Made by a program: the position numbers and the translations under genes. The notes under the pieces were generated by a model. That model searched no databases and was not told the DNA's origin. It saw only the letters and a list, made by a program, of their open reading frames with translations. A stretch of 56,504 nt of DNA, the filler included, from Ionaspis alba (taxonomy: Eukaryota): assembly GCA_964255285.1 (NCBI GenBank). It is 3 parts of 3 records of this genome, joined end to end, with 100 filler letters (N's around TTAATTAATTAA, not from the genome) between each part and the next. Parts side by side here need not be neighbours in the genome. Positions count along the whole stretch, not along the records: positions 1 to 18,815 come from CAXUUL010000281.1; 2 more parts are not named here. The stretch is one strand, 5' to 3'. Below, in pieces: positions 1 to 12,068 of the stretch (positions within the stretch are counted from its first letter, which is position 1; each line of letters begins with the position of its first letter).

Positions 1-208
1 TTTTAGCTTGTCCAACCACGTAATCCAACCCCAACAGTCGTTACAACAACCCTCGAGAATTTCTTCATAATTGACGCATTATGCTTAAGATCGTACGAGG
101 CCTGGCAAGACACTTCTTGAGAAGTGCAGAAGAGATTCCGGCGCAGCAATCGAATCCTCAATCCTTATAATCGGACTGGAGGACGGGAGCCTCTGAGACA
201 AGGACATA

Positions 209-2656
209 ATGGATTTAATAGGAGTGGAAGAGCGAAATGCATGGCAGAATGAAGGGGACGCAATGGCCACAGAAAAGCCTCTGAAGAAGAAAAAGAGTCT
301 GCCACGGATATTCATCTTGTCGAGGAAGAAGAGCACGAAATCGAAATCACCTGCGGCTGATCGAGCCGCCGAAACAACCTTACATCCATTGCCTGCCAGC
401 AGGCTGCCCTCCGAGACCTCAATTGATACCGTACGCTCCACAAAGTCAAAGGATGGTGCGGAGACACCAAACACTGAAGAAAGGGTTTTGAGGGATATTG
501 ATGGCAATGTTCCAAGGAATGCTGAAGACTACTCTCCAAAGGACATGACAGACGTTGATCAGGACAAATCTATGATGGACGACGTCAATCTGGAGCACCA
601 GGATGAAAATCTCAATCTTTTATCCCATGTCGACCAGATCTACCACCTACAATCGAGCCCTTTAAAAACCCAAGTCACTTCAGATCAGATCATATTACCA
701 AAGCGGCCACGGAAAAACCTGCACATATCACCGTCTCTCAGACTGATGAATCGCTCTAAGCCGCCCCTGCCTCAGCAGCAGCAAGCGTCCTTCTTTCCTC
801 CTAGACCATATACCGCAATACAGGACAGATTTCCCGAAAATGCTCGCGATCCGTCCGAGCCCACACCTATACGAGTTGGTAGTGCTCGACAAGCCGATGA
901 AGACGACCCAGCACTTCGGAGATCTCCTATTTTAGAACAGTGGGTGCCATGGCAAGAGTCGTACATGAAGGAAGATGGGAGGAAAAGTACTCGATCTGGT
1001 TTGAGTACGGGTTCCAGTGCTATGGATAGCAGCGGAAGCACCGAACACAGCAGCATCTTCACGAAGATGAGTTCCGTCAGTGACATGACTATTGACCTCG
1101 ATGATATGCCATGTTCAAAACATGCGAGCATGACCGTGGACGATGCCATAGATCTCTACTCGGCAGGATTCGACGATGATTTCGATCTCAAAGAAGGTGA
1201 CCCAATGAAGTCACCGTGCTGTGGAGAGGAAATTCGAAGGAGATCGGTCAAGATAGCCGAGGCCATGAACGAAAAGATTGATTCTGTTCTCCTTGAGCCA
1301 CCACGCTCCATCTTCGCCGAAGAACCTCGAAGTTCAGCGGACATAATATCGGGAGCAGTCTTCCAGAGCATATTCCCTCGACCGCCATCGATTCAGACCC
1401 CAAACAGCACGCATGACCAGTACGGTTTCCTGAAAGCCTCCCGCGATGTCACAATAACACAGTACGACACCTGGCACAACGAATACGGCCCTATCCAAGA
1501 ACGGCGCACGAACAAATGGATCCACCTAATGCAAGACCAAGGTCTGTCCATCCAAAACCCCACCCGCTTCCCTTCCCGTTCGGCCAAAACCCAACGCTTC
1601 ATCCGTAAAGGCATTCCCCCCTCCTGGCGTGGCTCCGCCTGGTTCTTCTACGCCGGCGGCGACGCTCTCCTAAACACCCACCGCGACCTCTACCCCTCCC
1701 TCGTCCTCCTCTCCCAAACCCCCAAACTCAGCTCCAACGACAAAGAATCCATCGAACGCGATCTCAACCGCACCTTCCCAGACAACCTTCACTTCAAGCC
1801 CGACCCACCCCTGACACCTACAACCGAAACACCCCTGCTCTCCTCCCTCCGTCGCGTGCTCTGCGCCTTCGCCGTCTACCACCCCCGCATCGGCTACTGC
1901 CAGTCGCTGAACTTCCTCGCCGGGCTTCTACTACTCTTCCTCCCTGAAGAAAAAGCATTCTGGCTCCTTCATATCATCACAACACGCTACCTTCCCGGCA
2001 CGCACGACATCAGTCTCGAGGGCGCGAATGTCGATCTCTGGGTCCTGATGCTCGCGCTCAAAGACTCCCTCCCCTCTATCTGGGACAAAATCGGCGGCGA
2101 GGTGCAGACTTCCACGACACGACTCCCGCCTATTTCGTTGTGCACGACTTCATGGTTCATGTCGCTGTTTATCGGGACGCTGCCTATCGAGTCCGTGCTA
2201 CGTGTCTGGGATGTGCTCTTCTACGAGGGAAGTCGTACGCTCTTCCGTGTCGCGCTTGGTATTTTCAAGCTTGGGGAGAATGAAATCCGTGGTGTTAGTG
2301 ACCCAATGGAGATCTTTCAGGTCGTGCAGGGCTTGCCGAGGCGGATGGTGGGCATCGGTGCGTTGATGGCGGTGGCGTGTCGAAGGGGCGGTGTGGGGCA
2401 GGCGTGGGTGGAGAAGAAGAGGGCGGAGAGGAGGGAGTGGTATGCGAAGGAGAGGAAGGGAGAAAGGTTGAGGAAGGATTCGAGGGATTGGATGAGAGGA
2501 GAGGAAGGGAGGAAGGCGAGTAGGGACTTGGTTGTTGTGCTTGATGGGGTGGATGAGAGGCAACAAGGAGAGGAGGGAAAGAAGGAGGAGGAAGAAGGTA
2601 AGAGGGTGAGGGCTAATAGTGGGTGGAGGAGTCGCATCGGGTTTGGGAGAGGTTAA
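209..2656 (+). CDS. TBC-domain Rab GTPase-activating protein (Msb3/Gyp3-like)
   Basis: 815-aa ORF. C-terminal TBC motifs FIRKGIPPSWRGSAW, IERDLNRTFPDN (Arg finger), GYCQSLNF (Gln finger), LRVWD. Long disordered N-terminus; exact start uncertain. Confidence 0.9.
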   Translation: MDLIGVEERNAWQNEGDAMATEKPLKKKKSLPRIFILSRKKSTKSKSPAADRAAETTLHPLPASRLPSETSIDTVRSTKSKDGAETPNTEERVLRDIDGNVPRNAEDYSPKDMTDVDQDKSMMDDVNLEHQDENLNLLSHVDQIYHLQSSPLKTQVTSDQIILPKRPRKNLHISPSLRLMNRSKPPLPQQQQASFFPPRPYTAIQDRFPENARDPSEPTPIRVGSARQADEDDPALRRSPILEQWVPWQESYMKEDGRKSTRSGLSTGSSAMDSSGSTEHSSIFTKMSSVSDMTIDLDDMPCSKHASMTVDDAIDLYSAGFDDDFDLKEGDPMKSPCCGEEIRRRSVKIAEAMNEKIDSVLLEPPRSIFAEEPRSSADIISGAVFQSIFPRPPSIQTPNSTHDQYGFLKASRDVTITQYDTWHNEYGPIQERRTNKWIHLMQDQGLSIQNPTRFPSRSAKTQRFIRKGIPPSWRGSAWFFYAGGDALLNTHRDLYPSLVLLSQTPKLSSNDKESIERDLNRTFPDNLHFKPDPPLTPTTETPLLSSLRRVLCAFAVYHPRIGYCQSLNFLAGLLLLFLPEEKAFWLLHIITTRYLPGTHDISLEGANVDLWVLMLALKDSLPSIWDKIGGEVQTSTTRLPPISLCTTSWFMSLFIGTLPIESVLRVWDVLFYEGSRTLFRVALGIFKLGENEIRGVSDPMEIFQVVQGLPRRMVGIGALMAVACRRGGVGQAWVEKKRAERREWYAKERKGERLRKDSRDWMRGEEGRKASRDLVVVLDGVDERQQGEEGKKEEEEGKRVRANSGWRSRIGFGRG

Positions 2657-3219
2657 AGAGGGGGTGGATATGAGGGTTTTGGATTGGATGGTATACATCA
2701 AAGTACGTTGGTGGATTTATGGGAGACTTCCGAAGGGGGACGGACTTGGTGAGTTTGGAGGTGCCTGCCGCATACGAACGACCGTTACGACAATATATTA
2801 TTGATTCTGTGTACACGATCTTACGACATAGTATTGGACACATATTATCAGCTTAGATATCTATACATCGATCTTCTTCTACATAGCTCCGCCTCCTTCT
2901 TTCGTGAAGTAAGATTTACATGACCTTAGACTCAATAACGTACATGCAACCATGTCAGGGTGCTGTGTTGAAAATGATACCGAATAGTGTTCCATGCTAC
3001 GGAGCATAGAAAGTCATCGCTGCCACAAGTTCGCAAGGTCCTGACGAGACATCAAGCATATATCCCACTCATTTCTTGCACTACATACAGGCGTTATAGC
3101 CCTGGATATCCGTCATACGCCAAAGTCCAGCATAATAGTCCCAGAAGAAATTTCCCTCGACGCCATGGCTATGCTGTTCCCTGACACGCAAAGCAACTAT
3201 GTTATCGCCCAGTCAAACT

Positions 3220-4053
3220 TCACTCCAATTTGTCCAGATGCTCCAGTCTCGTAAGCACAACCTGCTTACTCGTCTCCTCGATCTCCCCAGCGAGGAACAC
3301 CTCATCGAGGATAGCATAGACCTAAACCTCCATCAGCCTCTCCTCTCCCTCCAATTCACACACCCGATCTCCTCTCCTTCCCTCTTAAAAATACCCCAGA
3401 CCACCTCCACCAGCCCAGCAATGCCAGTAGATAATATTGACGTACCTTATAAAAATTAAACACCAAATCCAACTCACAAACATTCCCAAAAAAGCTATCC
3501 AACACCTCCACAAAGAAATGAATCGCCTCCAAATACGCCAATTCGTTATCATTCGCATCCACACACACGCAGAAAAACAACCCCGCATATCGCCTATAAA
3601 CGATCTTCAGATCCCGGTTCGCGTTCGCGCCTGAGGCACCCCCTCCACTAGAGCTGTGGTTGGTGTTGGCGGAGGTGGCAGTGGCGGAATTGTAAGAGGA
3701 GGAGGCGGAGCGGAACTCGACAAAGTTGGATTGGTGCTTTTGGTCTCGAGGGGCGATGAGCCGGTGGACTTCGCCTTTGAGGCGGATTTTTTCTTCGTCC
3801 TGCAGGTCCGGAAGTTTTAGTGGGGGGAGGGGGAAGAGACGGGGCGTGGAGACAGGGTAGACGTACGCTGTAGGGGGAGTACCACTTTGCAAGGCGGGTC
3901 TTGCCTCTGCGAGAACGGGTATATTAGTCGATCGTGCTCTTGCTTGTCTGGAGCTGTGTCGGGGATAGAGCTGGGGAGCTGAGGGACGTTGAGTGTTCGG
4001 AGAGTGGAGGTAACGTACTGTCTATTCTGAATCAAAATGAATGAGAGCACCAT
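3220..4053 (-). CDS. APS2: AP-2 adaptor complex sigma subunit
   Basis: Exons 4053-4019, 3906-3867, 3799-3446, 3321-3220 with GT-AG introns. Product [21 protein letters not shown]...[13 protein letters not shown]...[43 protein letters not shown]. Confidence 0.95.
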
Positions 4054-4981
4054 GATCGCGATCACCGACGACAAAAGCCGCCTTGATCTGTTGAATATCG
4101 TGAAGGTCTAATCTAGGGTTCGGATTGGATATCAAGCCGGGCCTACAATTGGCCTCGAAGCTCGGCTCCAGACCCGAAGTAGAATAGAGTTTAGCCCTAT
4201 TTTCAGGAGCAGAAATATGGGGAACCCTGGACGCGTCGCATTAATGATTCGGCGTAATCTCATGCAGCACAGACTATTGATGGCTGGAAGGAACGTGATT
4301 TGTGTGATGAGTGTTGCAGCTAAATTAGGGGAATTGGGGAACGAGGGTGGTATCCTTCCCGGGAAAGTGCATGCAGAACTCGTTTGGGTCAGGATCTGAA
4401 AGTTGTAGGTACCTCCGTAGAGCTTGCTTTGAGATATGCTAGCTGAGTACCTTATCCAGAATCCACTCAACCACTGCTCGTCACCTCGTCTGTTCGTCCT
4501 CGCTCGCAGGAAGGGATATAAATACAGAAGACGTCAATCAAGCAATAAACGACAAACAAACAGAAATGACAAAGCGACGATATCCACGGCCATCTCTCTC
4601 TCTCTCCCAATATCCTGATACATACACCATCAAAGCTCCCTGTTCCCAAGAGACACTCAATCCCACATCTTCAAACCAAACCTATCCCCGCACTTTTCTC
4701 TTCAACCCTTCACCCATCAATCCACAGAGAATCAAACATTATCCACAAACCAGCTGCCAGCCACTCGTGCCGCAGAATCATCGAAGCCAAAATAAACAAG
4801 TGAATGAAAAAAAAAAACATGAAAAAAAAACATGGGGTATATCCAATCGAGAACACTCTCCTGAGCCCGCCCATTAAGAATTAAAAATATATGTAATTAT
4901 GTACCAAATATGCATCCAGCTTCGTCCCATCCGGAGAAACTAACAAACCACGTGGCGAGTATATCGCGACGAGTGAGTGCA

Positions 4982-6591
4982 TCATAGAGCAATAGCGACA
5001 ATCGCCGTCAGAGCCATCAAGCTCAACCCAGCTGCAGTGATGTGTAAGTTACATCCAGCATTAACAGGTTTGGCACTAGCAATCGGCGATGTAGCTGCAG
5101 GACCACTAGAGCCACCATTCGTGCCTGATGGCGTTGTTGTCTGCGCGACAAAAGAGGCACTGGAGCCCGTCGCAGTCTCGGTGTTATTCTGCACGAGGAC
5201 GTGCGGCGAGTAGGAGTAAGTGGGATAGGCGCTGCTCGACGAAGCAGAAGACACTTCAGCTGTGGTCGAGGCTTCTGCCGACGAGCTGCCAGAAGAGGAC
5301 GACGAAGGCGCCGAAGACGAGCTTGGTGCAGCCGAGCTCGAAGGCGCGGAGCTAGACGCAGGAGCAATTGAGGGCGTAGGCGAAGTACTAGGCGTAGGCG
5401 ACGGACTGCTGCTAGGCGGTGGACTCTGCGACGACGAAGGCGAAGGCTTCTGGCCGCCAGACCCGTTATCACCACCCGCACCCTTCAACTCGCCCTCAAA
5501 AACTACAAAATTAGCCTTCACCCCCTTCGGAACCGTAACGACGCAAAAAGCCGCTCCACCCGCGCCGTCCGTGCCCGCCCCAACCATCTGATTGACGTTC
5601 GACCTGCCCGGATCGACGGCACAGGGGAGACCATTGCAGCCATCCCCATCGCAGACGATCTCGACGCCCCATTTGGGGACTTCGTCCCGGAAGGGCGTGC
5701 CCGGTTCGAGCCAGATGGGGTTGATGCCCAGCTTTACGAAGGTGTTGCCGTTGTGGTCGGTGTTGGCGCCTGCGACGTAGGGACTCCAGTTTCCCCAGGG
5801 GTTTTCGTTCGTGCCCCAGACGCAGACTTCTTCGTAGCCTTTGCCGGGGGGGTTGATGTAGAAGCTGGGTGGAGGTTAGGCTTGGCTCTGGGAGGGGAGG
5901 AGGTGTGGGAGGGACTTACTGCGCGGCTGTTCCACACCAGTAGTCTGGGCCTGGGACGGTGATTTGGGCCCAGTCTTCGATTGAGGTGGGTATTAACATG
6001 GCTTCGTTGCCTGGGAGTACGGTCTGGCACCATGCCATTCCTTTGCCCGTCTTGTCTTTGACACCGATGTTGCCGGTTCCGTCCATGCAGTAGGGTTTCT
6101 CGGGGAAAGGCTTGTGGACGTTGCCATCCTTGTCGCAGTACAACCCACCATCCTATATGACGTTAGACGATAGCTCTGTGCGACTTGCGCAGTGGACGTA
6201 CCATAGATAGCGGATAGGAGTACGACGTCGCCTCCGGATTCCACTGCGCCATCATCTGTCCCGAGGGACAAGCGTAAGGGCAATAGTTGCCTGGTTTGCA
6301 AGGCTGGTCGGGACTCATTGCCCATCCTCCATTCTGAGATCCGGGTGTTACAGCGACGAGTCCGGCATCCGTCGGGAACTTGCATTTGCCATCGCGTCGT
6401 TCAACCTCCACTGATGACCTCAAGTCCAAGGCTGGTCCAACCTCCGCTTTTGACACGTGTGGTTCCCGGTTGTGATGACGATGTCTGCGCTCAACGGTAT
6501 CGAATAGAGCATGACTGTGTTTGGCATATGCGACTGATGCTTGTAGGGCAAGGATTGCGCCGATTGCTGAAGTGATTTCCACGAACTTCAT
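4982..6591 (-). CDS. Secreted SUN-domain (GH132-like beta-glucosidase family, Adg3-type) protein with Ser/Thr-rich tail and probable GPI signal
   Basis: Exons 6591-6202, 6152-5920, 5864-4982. Signal peptide; Cys pattern CKPGNYCPYACPSG, GGLYCD, CQTVLPGNEAM, CVWG, GNWSPYVAGAN; S/P/T-rich stalk; hydrophobic C-terminus. Confidence 0.9.
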
Positions 6592-7783
6592 CTGACGAAT
6601 TGCTCTCTATTGACGGCCAGAGCTAGCCGGTATAGGTATATAATTATATAGTATGGTATAGATAGGACGGTTTGTCCTCTTTGCTGAAGGGTCCTGTAGT
6701 CCGTCGAGTATCCAATGCCTCCAACCGCGACTCGCAGGCTAATAATGAGGGTATAGTGGTATCGATATATAGCAATCAGAGAGTGTAAATAATTGATATC
6801 AGGCGCAAACACACTGCAAAAGAGCGACTGTGGTAGGACTAAAGAACGTAAAGCTGCAAGAACAGCGACAGCGACAGTGAGCTTGAACGACGACGACGGC
6901 GACAGCGAGGGAGAAGAAAGGAAATGAGCAGCATAAGGGAGGAAAAGCGAATGTAACGACACCAGACGGGACATATTGGCGCGCATGGCCCCCCATGGCA
7001 AATGGCCATCCATCTCCATAAAGGAGATGAGCAGTGCGGGTTAGCCAATCAATGCCTTTGTTGATCCCCTGCAAGCCTGTATCGAGCAGGGGAAGGCTGC
7101 TGTGTTCCTGGGGCCAAGCTTCTTGATCTGGAACGTTCCGACTATACCGTAAGAGGACTAGAATGTGAAATGCAATTTCTGGAATTGTGGTGATTTGTGA
7201 ACTATGAGACCAATCATGCAGTGGCTTGGTGTGATAAATCATCTCAACGGAAATTAAAGATTGGTCAATGCTCAAATTGCGGGCTGGAATGTACCGAGGG
7301 ATTTCGCTAAAAGCATGCCCTAAGTTTTTATTTACCATTTGCTAAAGATCGGAATGTCCTGCATTCTTTCATCACTGTCTCTATCTTGCTGATGTTACCC
7401 GCTACCTCCGTCTGCATATTGGCGTGATGGGCTGGAGCATGAACTCTGCAATGAAGCATGAAGGAAAACCCTAAAAAGAAACAGAACCAAAAAATGAACC
7501 AAAAAGCAGCCTGCAAACCAACTGCTTCTCGAAAATGCTTCTCTAAACTGGTCAGCTTGAGTTGAGCGAGAACATTGCTACCGAACCATCAAATACAGAT
7601 ACAAATATCAGATCAATACAGGAGTTCTACCAGAACGAAAAGACCTATTAACATCACTTCAGCACCCAGGACCATCGAGACACGGTGGGGAGCAGTTGTG
7701 ATCAACGTGATTACCGATGTCTTATATTTCCGTGATCTACCAGTACAACAAAATCCACCGCCGAGCGTCTGCACCATCAACAC

Positions 7784-8965
7784 CTACTGCGACACCCTCC
7801 CCTTCCACCTCTCCCAAACCTTCCCATTGCCTCCATTCCCACCGCCCTCGCCATTCCTCCAACCCCAAACAACACAATAATGTTTCGCCAACAAATTCAA
7901 CTCCTCAACCTCATCCAGCATCTCCACCTTGCTCACCCTCGCCTTCTCCTCCTCCGCAATCCACTCCTCATGCAAGAAATCCACATCCACAGCCCCCGTC
8001 CCATCCACAAACCCATACGTCCTCAATCGCTCTTTTTGGATCTCCAGCGAGCTGTATTTTTGCAGCGTTTGTAAGACGATGCCTCGTGCGGCGAGATTTG
8101 AAACCATGACTTTACCGAAGGCGTCGAAGGGGTTGGTCGGTTCGTAGAGGACCAGTCCGAGCGGTGTGCTGGCGTGGAAGACTTGCGTGGTGAAGTAGTT
8201 GACTACTGCGTCGGCTTTTTCGGGCGTCAGGTAGATGAGACAGCACTCGGAGATCAGTAGAGTGGGTAATGCCGGGTCGATATGGTGCAGTTTTCCAGGG
8301 CCAGCCTGGGATGCGTGGAAGGGATTCAGATCTCGGAGATCGATGGCGTGAATGTGGTAGTTGGGACTGTGGAGTTCGGCATCGGTGGTCAGGATCGAGG
8401 ATTCGGGACCGATGTGTCGGGAGAGGCGGGGACAGAGGTGGATTTTGGAGATCTTTTGCTGGGTGTTGGTTGGGAAGTCGAGCTCGTGGTAGAGGACTTT
8501 TGGTGGGTTGGGTCTGCTCATCAGGCGGAAATAGCGAGTGTCGGAGCCTGCTCCTAAAGAGATGATTTGTTTGAGGGAGGTCGAAAGCGAGGCGGAGAGG
8601 AAGTCGTCGACTAGTTTGTCGATGGCTGTTGTTCGGAGATATGTACCTGGAGGCCCGTGTCATGCAAGAAGCAAAATATGTTTCGAATAGGATATACCTC
8701 TATTGATGATAGGAAACCTTCTTTGCGCTCCAGGTACAGCAAACAATTCAGCAAAGGGATCTTCAAGATACCCCGCCTCCACAGCACTCATTCTCGAAAT
8801 ACTAGCATCCTGATCCGTCTGCTGAACGATTCCATCTTTCTTAGCATTCAGGGCCTCAGCATCTTCATCAATTCCCAAATCTGGTCCGCCTCGACCTCTT
8901 CCATGGCCGCGCCCCGCCTGTCGCGCATTTCTTGAAGTTAGCAGATTAGGGATCCCGGAAGCCAT
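7784..8965 (-). CDS. PPM1: Leucine carboxyl methyltransferase 1 (PP2A methyltransferase)
   Basis: Exons 8965-8698, 8646-7784. Motifs VQQTDQDAS, PIINRGTYLRT, QIISLGAGSDTRYF, LLISECCLIYL, MLDEVEELNLLAKHYC. Confidence 0.93.
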
Positions 8966-9229
8966 GTGGGAAATCAATGGCGTGCATGAGGGGCCGAGGC
9001 TTACTTTATAAGTCGTAGTCACAACGCAGACCCACCCTCGATTTCTCACACTATTACCCATTAGCAGCGATCTGTACCCCATAAAATCGCTTCCGATTAT
9101 CCATATTGTTACCCGTTCTCCTGGCGGCAGCCTCGCTTCGCCTCATGCAGGTCTAACATCGTACCGGCCGTATTCTCTCGACTCGCTCTGTCAACTCTTC
9201 TGCAGCCACACCCGACTGTTGACGGCAGA

Positions 9230-9880
9230 ATGTCGGGCCCCTCGAAGAAACCTAATGCCTACGGCACTACGACTTCAGATACTTCCTTTCGCAAGACGTG
9301 GGATCGCGCAGAGTATGCTGCTAAAGCCGAAGCTCGGGAGGCGAAAGTGAAGGAGGAGGGCAAGGCTCGCTATGAAGCCAAGCTCGAGGGCAAAAAATAC
9401 ATTCCTCGTGCCTCCACACCGCCTGATGCCAAAGAGACCGAGTCACGGACCTCAAGGCTGGATGTCGCTAGCAACGTAGGAAAGACCTCACTTGTGCCTG
9501 CGGGCGCGAGCACAGGAAAGCGTGGAAAAGGCGCTGGCTTCTACTGTGGAGACTGTGATTTGACCTTCAAGGACAACCTGCAATTTGTGGATCATCTGAA
9601 TAGTCGACAGCATTTAGTTGCTGTTGGACAGAGTGGAGAGGTCAAGAAGGCGGGATTGGAGGAGGTGAGGGATAGGTTGGCATGGTTGAAGAGGAAGATG
9701 GAAGAGGAGAAGGCTACGGATATTGTGGATTTGAGGGCCAGATTGGAGCAGAGGGGTGAGGATGAGGAGAGGGAGAGGGAAGAGAAGAGGAGGAGGAGGA
9801 GGGAGAAGAGGAGGAAGACGCCGGGTGGGGTTGGGGTCAAGAGGGAGGAGTCTGTGGAGGGTGATGGAATTATTTGTTGA
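9230..9880 (+). CDS. SNU23: U4/U6.U5 snRNP-associated matrin-type zinc-finger protein (Snu23/ZMAT2)
   Basis: FRKTWDRAEY motif; zinc finger GFYCGDCDLTFKDNLQFVDHLNSRQH; charged coiled-coil C-terminus. Confidence 0.85.
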   Translation: MSGPSKKPNAYGTTTSDTSFRKTWDRAEYAAKAEAREAKVKEEGKARYEAKLEGKKYIPRASTPPDAKETESRTSRLDVASNVGKTSLVPAGASTGKRGKGAGFYCGDCDLTFKDNLQFVDHLNSRQHLVAVGQSGEVKKAGLEEVRDRLAWLKRKMEEEKATDIVDLRARLEQRGEDEEREREEKRRRRREKRRKTPGGVGVKREESVEGDGIIC

Positions 9881-10177
9881 TCAGGCACTCAATGCTTTTC
9901 GGAACACTGGCCTAGGTGCACTTGCACTGGTACTGCATACTTGATACCCATTAGATCAAAGAATCTTTGAGACAGCCTATGCCTCCAATACCTGATAAGA
10001 TCTATCCTTTCACTCGAAGGACAGTATGTCCTAGTCGGTAGACCTTCATGTCCAGTGGTAGTCTATCCGATCTCCAAGTATTCATATCTCTTGACCCATA
10101 CCATACTCATCACAGCACCAACGCCAATTTTGAGGGTATCATGTTACACTGAACGGCAAGAACTCCGAAATGGACAT

Positions 10178-11744
10178 TTAGATCTGTCACTCTTAGTAGA
10201 TGTCTTCTCGAGTTTTATCTCGCAAAGCCAAATACGTACCAGCTGAATCTTAGTCCTCTGCAAAGCTCGAGGTGGACCCATCCACACCTTAGGTTTATTC
10301 GCCTTGGCTTGCAACCGACGATATGCCTCTCGAATATGCTCCGGACCTACTGGTGCATTCCCTTCCTCCGGGGGATCAAAGAGACCCTGCTCCCTCTTCC
10401 TTTTCTTGCTCTGACTGGCTTCGCCTCCGGTCCTGCTCTTATGCCGATCGTCCTCCGCTTTCACCTTCAGAGCTTCCTCAGTCAAAGTCTGAACCATCTC
10501 GAAAGTCAAGAATCCAAGGATATCAATGATATCGTCACTCGGCTTGCTATCCGTGACAATCCCAAAGCCAGCCCATTCCCGAAAGCGCTTTCCCTTGCGG
10601 AAGGTGAAGGAAGCTTGGCGACATTCGCTCCAATGGACATACTCATCTTTGGTCATGTCTTTGGTGCGCTCGTCTGCAGCTCTTAGACGCTGAAGAGTTG
10701 CCAAATTCGACTCGCCTTCGTCTTCGTCTTCTTCGCCATCACGCTCAGGCACTTGTTCCGAGAAGAAGCTCTCGATATCCCAGGGCAGCGTGATCTTGGC
10801 TCGCTTGTTCTTCTTTGCAGCGTCCAAGACCACAGGGCCTGCTCCAGGGACGTCACCTCCTGCGATTGGATCATCCCCAGCACCGAGATCGTCGCCGCCT
10901 TTCTCGTCTGTATCTTTGGCTGTTTTGCGGACATCTTTCCAGGATAAGAACATTTTCAGGCGGGCGGTTTTGGCAATGTCTTTGCGGATTAGGAAGAATA
11001 AGTCGATAACACTGATGGTGCGATAACCACGGCGGATTGCAAACTCGTTGCATTGGGAAAGCTGAGAAATCGAATTGGTTAGCAATATCCATGCAAAGTG
11101 AATAAATCATTACATTTCACTCACAATTTCCACAACCTGTTGGCGAACTATCTCCTCGATCATACTCGTAGTCTCTACACTAGGATCTCCTGTCTCGCCA
11201 GCAACGAACATCATCTGTCCGATCCAATATGTTAGCCTGACCTTGAACTCATCCATGGTCTCATCTTCAACAGCATCAAGATTGCTAGTAGAACGTGACA
11301 GGCTAGCAAGGAGATTCGCAACGTAGGCGGACTCCTGTACTGCTTTCCTCACAGCGTTGGCCATGACTGTAGTGGATAGGCAGAACAAGAAAGGTCTCCT
11401 CCAAATATGATATGTGGTTCAAGATGGGCATAAATTCAGCGTGGTCAATGTCATTGTCTGCAGCGCACGAGGATTGATCCATGACTGGAGAAACCGTCCA
11501 AGTCATATTACAATGCCCTAGAAGACACCACATTTGACAGTCGATTCTGATATCCACAGCAACAAAGCGGAGGGCAGGGAGTCACAACGATCACGCCTCT
11601 ATTGTTCTTGAATGTTCATATCTCTACTTGACATTTCTTACGCGCTGGCACCGCGACGTTCTATAATCAATGAAAGAAGTCTCTCACCTGCTGGATCTCC
11701 AGCCTATACTTGGCCGTTTTCTCTGTCTTCTCTGTGGCCGCCAT
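10178..11744 (-). CDS. SPT3: SAGA complex subunit Spt3
   Basis: Exons 11744-11688, 11214-11125, 11061-10240, 10183-10178. Motifs [70 protein letters not shown]. Confidence 0.93.
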
Positions 11745-12068
11745 GATGACTCTCTCCGATGTCCTCGACTTCCTTCTTTTGATAAAAATACAAGTTACCA
11801 GCCAGAATACATTGAATGAGCTCAGAGCATGTCATAGACTTCATAAGTCTACAAATGGATATATGATTCCCTGTCAGCAATGCACAAAGTCCAGGTCGGA
11901 GTGCCAAGCTAGGTGAACCATGGGTCTGAGATGTGGCTTAAACTATACCGGATCGGCAGGCAGCATCGCCGGTTGCGTTTTAAAAATAGTGTTTGTATTG
12001 AATAATAAACATTACGCAATAGTCCTTCAGAACATATCGCGAGTTAGTTGCCTCGGACCAAAACTATT

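Noticed and set aside
4110..4330. Isolated TTAGGG/TAGGGTT telomere-like words in promoters
   Set aside because: Single scattered copies with no array; not distinguishable from chance here.
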